This document shows, piece after piece, positions 55,751 through 64,000 of a DNA stretch of 64,000 nt (the stretch's first letter is position 1; each line of letters begins with the position of its first letter). The notes under the pieces were generated by a model that worked only from the letters and a program-made list of their open reading frames with translations, searched no databases and had not been told where the DNA came from. Position numbers and translations under genes: made by a program. The stretch covers positions 30,690,001-30,754,000 of the forward strand of contig OX597830.1 in the NCBI GenBank assembly GCA_951406725.2, given 5' to 3'. Origin of the DNA: Octopus vulgaris. Lineage: Eukaryota.

Positions 55751-55945
55751 ATGCTTAAATAGAACGGACATAATTTTCTGCAATAGTGTTCCGATTATTT
55801 TATAATATTTTTAATGAATTTGGAGAAAGTCATTTGCTTAGCTGATATAGTTTTTGTAAGGTATTTGTAATAAATTTTTTTCTCTAAGTCAAAATGCAAG
55901 AAATATTCCTCATTGTGTCCCCTTCCCATCCCTCATAGTTTACAC

Positions 55946-56235
55946 CAGTGGTTCCCAAAGTGGGCGGTGGAAAGTTCCAATGAGGCATTGAAGAAAAGTG
56001 GGTAATAATGGGGTAACGATTCATGTAAAAAATGGGGCGATAATGGCATGGCGAATCATGTAAAAACAACAAAATAATGGATTCATTTGGTCAAGTTTTA
56101 TTTGTGAAATACATTTGCTTTGAATTTACTTAAGAAAGAGGTTTATGTTTGTGATGGTTAGTTGGGGCGAGGGCGCTAGGAATGTGGCCTAGGTGTCAAG
56201 GGGGCAGCAGCCCGAAAAAAGTTTGGGAACCACCG
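55946..56235. mobile_element. hAT (Charlie-like) MITE
   Basis: TIRs CAGTGGTTCCCAAA / TTTGGGAACCACCG; 8-bp TSD GTTTACAC / GTTTACAT. Confidence 0.88.
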
Positions 56236-56309
56236 GTTTACATATTTATGTCTTCGTCATTTGACTAAACAGGTTTTAAGTACAACTGATCATCCTCTAA
56301 CAATATATA

Positions 56310-56512
56310 CTCTTTACTCTTTTACTCTTTTACTTGTTTCAGTCATTTGACTGCGGCCATGCTAGGGCACCGCCTTTAGTCGAGCAAATCGACCCCGGGA
56401 CTTATTCTTTGTAAGCCCAGTACTTATTCTATCGGTCTCTTTTGCCGAACCGCTAAGTGACGGGGACGTAAACACACCAGCATCGGTTGTCAAGCAATGC
56501 TAGGGGGGACAA

Positions 56513-56556
<44 letters not shown>

Positions 56557-56658
56557 GTATGTGTGTATGTGTCAGTTTCCGTCTACCAAATCCGCTCAGT
56601 GGGACTGAACCCGGAACCATGTGGTTGGTAAGCAGGCTACTTACCACACAGCCACTCC
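56310..56658 (-). mobile_element. SINE family A with internal deletion
   Basis: Reverse complement tail (CTCTTTTA)n and head ACCACACAGCCACTCC. Confidence 0.88.
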
Positions 56659-57149
56659 TAAACTATATTCCTTATTTTATATATATTCCTTATTTTAAAA
56701 TATATTCCTTATTTTAAAAAATTCCTTCCTGTCCTCTTGACTGCATTCTTTTAAATTAACATTCACTCTCGTTTTACAGTCGTATACTTTTTAAACATGG
56801 CTTTTCATCAATGCTTTTATTTTTTCTTTTCTATGTTATTACTTATCGTTCAATAGATCTTTCCCCGCTTCTCGCATCTTCCTTCTTTCCTCTCCTGTTT
56901 ATTTATAAATTTCCTAAACTCATCCCCTGCCTTTCTATTTTTTAATCTTACGTTTTTTTTATTTTGTGAATAACGGTAATACGAGAAGTTTTTCCTTATA
57001 TACACTGAACATCTCAGAGCATGTCTAATTACCAAACTCTTTATCTATTTTCAACATCCGTTTTAAGTTCCATTCTTTATTATCACCCGAACATCGGAAA
57101 CGAGAAACTCGAGGCAACAAGTTGTGAAGATTCAGTTTATTGTTGTTGC

Positions 57150-57183
<34 letters not shown>

Positions 57184-57547
57184 GATGTTTATGTATGTAT
57201 ATATGTTTAAATATATAATATTTATATATAAACATACATATATATCCATATACATACATATATATATATATACATATATATACATACATATCCATATACA
57301 TACATATATTATACATATATATACACACACATACATACATGCATACATACATACATACATACATACATACATACATACATACATACATACATACATACAC
57401 ATACATACATACATAGATACATGTACACATGCATACATACGTAAGACATGCATACAGACTCAAACCACATGTGTATATGCAAACGTACATATATGCAATA
57501 TATACACCGCCTATTGAATACACAAGTCATTTGAGAACACACACGTA

Positions 57548-57606
<59 letters not shown>

Positions 57607-57919
57607 CATACAAGGAGTACATTGATAATAACTAGCAGGTCACATGACGGTGTCGTAATAGAGTCTGAATCAAGAGTGTTTATAAAACGTCTTATCTGAG
57701 CAGCGCGTCTGTCAACATATCTTCCTAGCAATGCAATGCGTTAGTATTGGTGATGGTGACGGTGGCGTAGCTGTAGGTATTGGTGGCGGAGCTAATGGTA
57801 CTCGTATACTGCAGTGCTAGTAATGGTGTTTTTTGTTGTTGCGGTCTTGGTGCTGCTGCTGGTGGTGATGGTGTTGTTGTTGTTGGTGGTGGTGGTGGTG
57901 AACGGTGCTGATGGTATTG

Positions 57920-57945
<26 letters not shown>

Positions 57946-57951
<6 letters not shown>

Positions 57952-58112
57952 GGTGGTGGTTTATGCAGTAGTGGTAGTTTAATGGTGGTTGTAGTGCTGA
58001 GCATGGTATGGTGTTAATGGAAATTGTAGTGGTAGTGGTGGTGGTGGTGGTGGTTTATGCAGTAGTGGTAGTTTAATGGTGGTTGTAGTGCTGAGCATGG
58101 TATGGTGTTAAT
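57946..58112 (+). repeat. Direct duplication (~75 bp)
   Basis: GGTGGTTTATGCAGTAGTGG...GGTGTTAATGGAAAT occurs twice. Confidence 0.85.
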
Positions 58113-58780
58113 GGAAATGGTAGTGGTGGTGGTGGTTGGCCATCGTTGACGTAACAGAGATGGTGGTGGCGGCGGCGGCGGCGGTGGTGAAGGTATAGCT
58201 GATGGTAACAGAGTTTCTCGTTGCAGTGTTGGTGATGGTAATGGTGGTGGTGGTGGTGGTGATGGTGGTGATGGTGGTGATGGTGGTAGTGGTGGTGGTG
58301 GCGATGGCGGCGGCGTCAGCAGTGGTGGACATCATCCTTGACGTAATGAGGTCGATGGTTGTAGTGATAGCAGTAGTGGTGGTGGTGGTGGTGGTGGTTG
58401 TGGTGGTGATGATGGTCATCGTCGTCGTCGTCGTCTTCGTTGACGTAACAGAAATGGCGGTGGTGGTGGTGGTGGTGGTGGTGGTGGAGGTGATGGTGAT
58501 GATTGCTGTTGTGGGCTGTGGTGCTCCTCCCGGTGGTTATTGTAGTGGTGGCGGCGGTGCTGGTGATAGTTGTGATGGTGGTGGTGGTGGTGCGATGTTG
58601 GTGGTATGTTGGTGGTATGTTCATTGTAATTGCGGCGCTGGTGGCGGCGGCGGCGGCAATGGTGGTGATTTAAGACGACGGCAGTGTTGTTGCTGTTGTT
58701 GCACTTGTTATTGCTTGTAGTGGCGGTGGTGGCTGTGGTGGCTGTGGTGGCGGTTGTAGTGGTAGCAGTGCTTGTGTTGG

Positions 58781-58829
<49 letters not shown>

Positions 58830-58957
58830 CGTGGTGATGGCGCTGGTGGTAGCGATGGCAGTAGTTGCAGTTGTTGCTATGGTAGGGGAAGCTAGGGAGG
58901 GGATTACGGCGGTTCTACTGGTTGCAGACGGAGTGGTGTTAATGATGCTGTTGCTGG

Positions 58958-59027
<70 letters not shown>

Positions 59028-59679
59028 ATGTGTGTGTGTGTCTGTGTCTGTGTGTGTCTGTGTGTGTGTTTAATAGATGTTGAGGTGTGGTAGTGTAAGA
59101 TTTGTGATCTTCAATAGATTTCTTATATTCCATAACAGAATGATTCAGTACCCCATATTATTGTCTGACCCCATTGGCTCCACTGTGTTTTAAACATAGG
59201 TTCCCCCCCCACCTCACACACCTTCACACACACACACACATACGCACACACACACACACATACGCATACATACGCACACATACGCACACACACACACAAA
59301 TATATTTATAAATATCAGCATTTGTTCATACACACGTACTCGCTCACACACATATTCACTGATACATATCAATCTAACAATGGTAAACACAAACACACAC
59401 ACAAGCAAACACACATGCATATACACACGTAATTGCAAATTTACGAGCACAAGCACTCACACACACACACACGAACGCGCGCACACACTTACACTTACAT
59501 ACGCGCACGCATTCACCAACTGTGCTTGTGCATGTGCGAGCGCGTGTGCGCGTACGTGCGTGTTTGTATGTGTGTATAGTGTTACGTTCGAATGTTTACA
59601 GATAGATAATCTGTGGTCTTATGATATATATATATACATATATATACACATACACACATATATATATATATATACATAT

Positions 59680-59733
<54 letters not shown>

Positions 59734-59785
59734 GTTTATGTATATGTTTATGTATATGTATATATATGTATGTGTGTGTGTATAA

Positions 59786-59827
<42 letters not shown>

Positions 59828-60492
59828 TTGGAGTGAAAACAGACACATCTCCATACACATTTCACAAACCACCAAGCGTTGAAATATACAGATACAATAG
59901 AATACATACAGTCATAGACAGACATAGATATCCTCAGATGCAATTAGACACGCGCTTTTTCATACATACATCCATACCTAAAAGCATACATACATATAAA
60001 TATATACATGTATATATACAGATTCACATATATGTATGTGTGTGTGTGTGTTTGTGTGTTCTCCTTACGCTGCCAAAAGCTAATACAGTCACTGCTCTCA
60101 CCAAACAAATACCATGGCACTTAACGCCCCTTATACATGTGCAGTGAGTAACGTGAGCCATCGCGATTGCTTCAAATACGAGGCGTGACTGCCATTGTAG
60201 ATCTCGCATTGCGAATACACATCCTTAGCAATACATACGGCCGCATCTCAAAGTCTGAAGGTGTTTCGTCCCCTAATAATTATCGACTATCTCGACCATC
60301 TACAAAGCTTTGGTTAAATTCTACTGTGCAAAAATGATCTCGCATGCCGGATGGAGAGAAGTGCTATTCACTTGACTGCAGGCCACCTAGACAATAACTA
60401 GATGAATCTGAGATGTTTTGGCGAAGCCGTTTCGGCGCTGCCAGTTTGGCGTCGTTGATTCAACGCTGACTTATTTGACATCAAACAGTTTA

Positions 60493-60548
<56 letters not shown>

Positions 60549-60662
60549 CGCTTTTTATCTGTATATGAGTTCTTCAGCATGCAAGAGCGTGTGCGCACGC
60601 GCATGTGTATGTGCGTGCGGAGTGGGGGTGCGTGTGTGTGTGTATGTATTTTCCAACGTTAA

Positions 60663-61130
60663 TTGTACCGTCGTCAAAACAGGCTGAAAGACCAGTCAGC
60701 TGAGCCAACTCATCAGCGCCCAAACAGCTGCGCCCAAATCGTTTCTATCCTTATCCAGAGAAAGGACATTCAACAGTCACTGACAAATACGTTCCAACCA
60801 CAGGGCCTTAAACGATCTGTCTCCTCTTTCTGCTTTTTCTACTGTTACTTTGATGTTCTCTGGTTCTCAGAGACATTCCACCTCCATATATCTAATCCAG
60901 ACTCTTTTCCCCCCCTCTCTCTCTTTCTCCCTCACTCTTCCTCTTTCTCTTTCTCTTCTCTCTGCTCTTACTCGATGAAGCTGTGGTCATCCTAGGATAG
61001 TGGTCCCAGAAGTATCGTCGTGCGTACATCCGACCATGTCCACCTGTGGTCTCCATCACTGGCGGTCCTTTGCTAATCCCTTTCCATCCTCCCATATAAG
61101 AGAAAAAACATTCAAAATGTGACCGCGTGT
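60663..61130 (+). mobile_element. Penelope-like element 3' remnant
   Basis: Peptide LTNTFQPQGLKR resembles the GIY-YIG end L.T..P.GLN, followed by a CT-rich UTR. Confidence 0.5.
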
Positions 61131-61134
61131 GTAC

Positions 61135-61319
61135 CGTTGGCGATTTTTTTCCTCCGTCTTCCTTTCTCTGGATCTTTCCTTTTCCTATGTTTCTGACGAA
61201 GAGCTCCGCTCGAAACGTTAAACCCTCCTTCTTCCCTTCCTTCCAGAGCGTCCAATAATACTATATTTGTTCCACGTCCTCGCGTTGTTGTGTTTTCTCT
61301 TTGTTCATGTTTGGATTAT

Positions 61320-61325
<6 letters not shown>
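61135..61325 (+). mobile_element. Short hammerhead-bearing repeat (PLE pLTR-like)
   Basis: Strongly similar to 1427-1610; both end in (TA)n. Confidence 0.75.
61189..61223 (+). ncRNA. Minimal PLE-type hammerhead motif
   Basis: GTTT-CTGACGA-A-GAGC-TCC-GCTC-GAAAC-GTT-AAAC; stem III is the palindrome AACGTT, as in dimer-cleaving PLE hammerheads. Confidence 0.78.
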
Positions 61326-61389
<64 letters not shown>

Positions 61390-62139
61390 CGGTGTACGTA
61401 CACCCTTGTGCTCACCTTATAGTAGGAATGTATCTAAGTTTTGTATGACTCTTACTCTTTTATTACCCCTCTCATTCTTTTCTTTTCTCTCGCTCCCCCT
61501 CTCTCACATTTCTTCGTCCTCTTTCATTATTTCCCACTCGTTTATCTCCCTGGCATCTTTCCCTTTGTCACTGATTTTTTTCTAATCCTTCAATCCTGCC
61601 GTCCCCTACCCATTTCTCCTCTTTCCAGAATTACTGCAGAACTTTCTGGCCAGCCATGATCTTTCTTGGCCTGACTGCCGAATGTCAACATGTCTTGTGT
61701 CCATCATCCATGTTCCTGCCTTTAGGCTTTTACTTCATACCACACCAGCTCAATTTGAATCATTCTCAGTCGAAAGACGCCTGTTGTTATTTCTTGTTGT
61801 TTGTATTCATAATTCTGTACTATGTTCTCCGCTTTTTGGGGGTGGTTTTTTGTCTTTGTTGCCGTACACATTCACTAGCTGTCTTACAAAGGGGTCTAAT
61901 GCTCTTAGCTTAGACTTTTCTGAGGACAACCAGATCGAACCATCTCAAGTGTAATTGTCCGAAATGGTCGTGACTTCTTGTACCTGGCTGAAGAAAGAAA
62001 GCCATGAGTGACCCCTCTTTTTTGCCTGTCCTTCTAATTGTTTCCATTGTCCGCCTTTGTGTCGTCTATCTGTCCGAACGTTTTAATGTCCTCTACTGCG
62101 TTTTTGCTCAATATATATATATATATGCAAGTGTGTATG

Positions 62140-62210
<71 letters not shown>

Positions 62211-62444
62211 TTGGAGGCAATTTTCGGTATTATTTATTTACCAAGAAATTTTTTTCCAATCTCCTGTTTTGAAATGCAATTTCTCTGCAAATATTATTTT
62301 ACGGTATTTTTCAACATTTATGCATGCTTCATCTTCACACAATAACAACATATACTCACAATTATCAAGTATTTAGATACACAGATGCGCCTCACGAGGA
62401 CTCCGCCTGAATTGTAGCCCTGTCTACATATTATATACACTATA

Positions 62445-62649
62445 CGAAGAGGTGTTGAAAAGTTCCAGGCATTAAGGGTACCGCAAAAGGCCTGGCTGGA
62501 GGCCCAACCTTTCGAGGTCTTTTACAAGACGTTAAACGACCGCTGCCATAAGTGTGTGAATCTGAGGGGAGAATATGCTCAATAAAATCTTAACTGCTCC
62601 TCCTGTATTTTCATTTACCCGAAGCCAGGAACTATTCAGCACCCCCTCG
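62445..62649 (+). mobile_element. Mariner-derived MITE
   Basis: TIRs CGAAGAGGTGTTGAAAAGTTCCAGGC / GCCAGGAACTATTCAGCACCCCCTCG, TA flanks, internal remnant KCVNLRGEYAQ* resembling a mariner C-terminus. Confidence 0.82.
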
Positions 62650-62678
62650 TACTCATGGGATATATGCATATATACATA

Positions 62679-63942
62679 CAGAGGTTGGAGAAAATAATGG
62701 AAGCACCTTCAAATTTCAAACATATTTTTAGTTTAATATGGAGTAGGACCGACTTTGGCAGTAATTACAGCTTTAATTCTACTAGCTATGGACTCGTACA
62801 AAGTTTGAATTGTTTCCAAAGGAATTTTTGTCCACTTTTCAGCTAAAAGAGTTTCCAGTTTTTGTAGTGATGATGGTGGAGTATATCGACTCCTTACTTT
62901 TTTTCTAAAATGCACGATAAATGTTCAATAGTATTGAGGTCTGGGGACTGTGGTGACCAGATAAGATGTTCATCTTCACTACAATATATACCACGTGCCA
63001 TTCAGTAATACCTTTAGCCGTGTGAATTGGTGTAATATCATCCTAAAAGATTGTGTTTCCCTCCGGAAACAGTTCCGCAACAATAGGATGAAATGGATAA
63101 GATAAAATGCTTAAATAGTCTTGACTATTAATTCTGCCATGAAGGGAAACCACTGGGTCGGCAGATTTCCAAAATATAGCACCTTCACCCCACCCCAGAT
63201 CATTACAGATCCTCCTCCATGTTTAACAGTTCGAAGAAGGTAGTCTAGATCAAATGCTTCTTTTGGCTGTCTCCACACGTATACTCATCCGGTGGTCGGA
63301 AATAAGGTAAAAGATGACTCATCTGAGAAAATAGCATTCTTCCACTGCTCTATGAACCAATTCTGTAGGTTTTTACTCCACTCTAAACGCTTTGCAACGT
63401 TTGGTTTTGAAAGAAGTGGTTTTCTGATTGCAGCCCTCCCGAGAAATCAAGCTTTGTGCAGCTCCTGGCGAACTGTTTTTGTGGAAACTGGGTTCTCGAG
63501 GTGGTCATTAAGTTCTGCACTAATTCTGGGATCTGTACTTTTGTGATCCTTTCTAACAATTTGAAAGTTTTGGGTTTCTTCTGGAGTTTTGTTTCGACAG
63601 GGAGGTTCTTCCCTCTTTCTCAAAGGCTGTCATTACTTTAGAGACAGTACTTCTTGATACACCAAACATTTGGGTTGCTTTCATTGCGCTAGCGCTTGCC
63701 ATACAAGCGCCAACAATTGAACCTCTTTGAAAGTCAGATAGATCTGTCATTTTAATGAATTTGAATTACCTTTTTCTGATGATATCTGAAAAGAAACAGC
63801 AATTTTAACAAAACATATTAAGCAACACTAATAATAAATAAAAAAACATAAAAATAAACAAGCTTTTTACGGTTTTATAGATATTTCAAAATTATGATGC
63901 TATAATAATGCTAGGTGTTCCCATTATTTTGTCCAACCCCTG
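62679..63942 (-). mobile_element. Tc1-like DNA transposon, near full length, decayed
   Basis: TIRs CAGAGGTTGGAGAAAATAATGGAAGCACC / GGTGTTCCCATTATTTTGTCCAACCCCTG, TA on both flanks. Confidence 0.93.
62733..63750 (-). pseudogene. Tc1 transposase pseudogene
   Basis: Begins MTDLSDFQRGSIVGA...FGVSRSTVSKV (paired-like HTH) and ends ...IPLETIQTLYESIASRIKAVITAKVGPTPY*; several stops and frameshifts. Confidence 0.9.
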
Positions 63943-64000
63943 TATATTATGAATAAACATACCTTACCCAGCAGTCACAAGCAAGTATGACATGGTGACT

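Noticed and set aside
57792-59073. Mucin-like, poly-Val and poly-Gly ORFs (also 9256-10000, 51730-53129)
   Set aside because: Trinucleotide microsatellite fields open in several frames.
60965-61025. Hammerhead at CTCGATGAAG...CAGAAGTATCGTC
   Set aside because: The position fits a PLE tail, but both core halves are too degenerate to call.

Overview
This is an AT-rich, microsatellite-saturated, non-coding eukaryotic window. The tRNA-derived SINE families and simple-repeat density suggest an octopus/cephalopod genome (inference). I found no intact protein-coding gene; nearly all listed ORFs are translations of simple repeats. Recognisable content: about 30 SINE copies in four families, a decayed mariner, a decayed Tc1, several MITEs, three non-autonomous Helitron pieces, and many 3' remnants of Penelope-like retroelements (PLEs). 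The main signal is a dense set of hammerhead-ribozyme (HHR) motifs. About 10 are in type I order (CUGANGA...GAAA). Two of these are complete copies capping the ends of a ~3.07-kb foldback (36541-39610). A second recurrent class has the core in permuted, type II-like order (GAAA-N21-26-CUGANGA), and two of these lie in a ~410-bp tandem dimer. There are also weak hints of minus-strand exons (a 39-nt microexon at 48427-48465 and a splice donor at 10665). All structures were folded by eye and none was computed.
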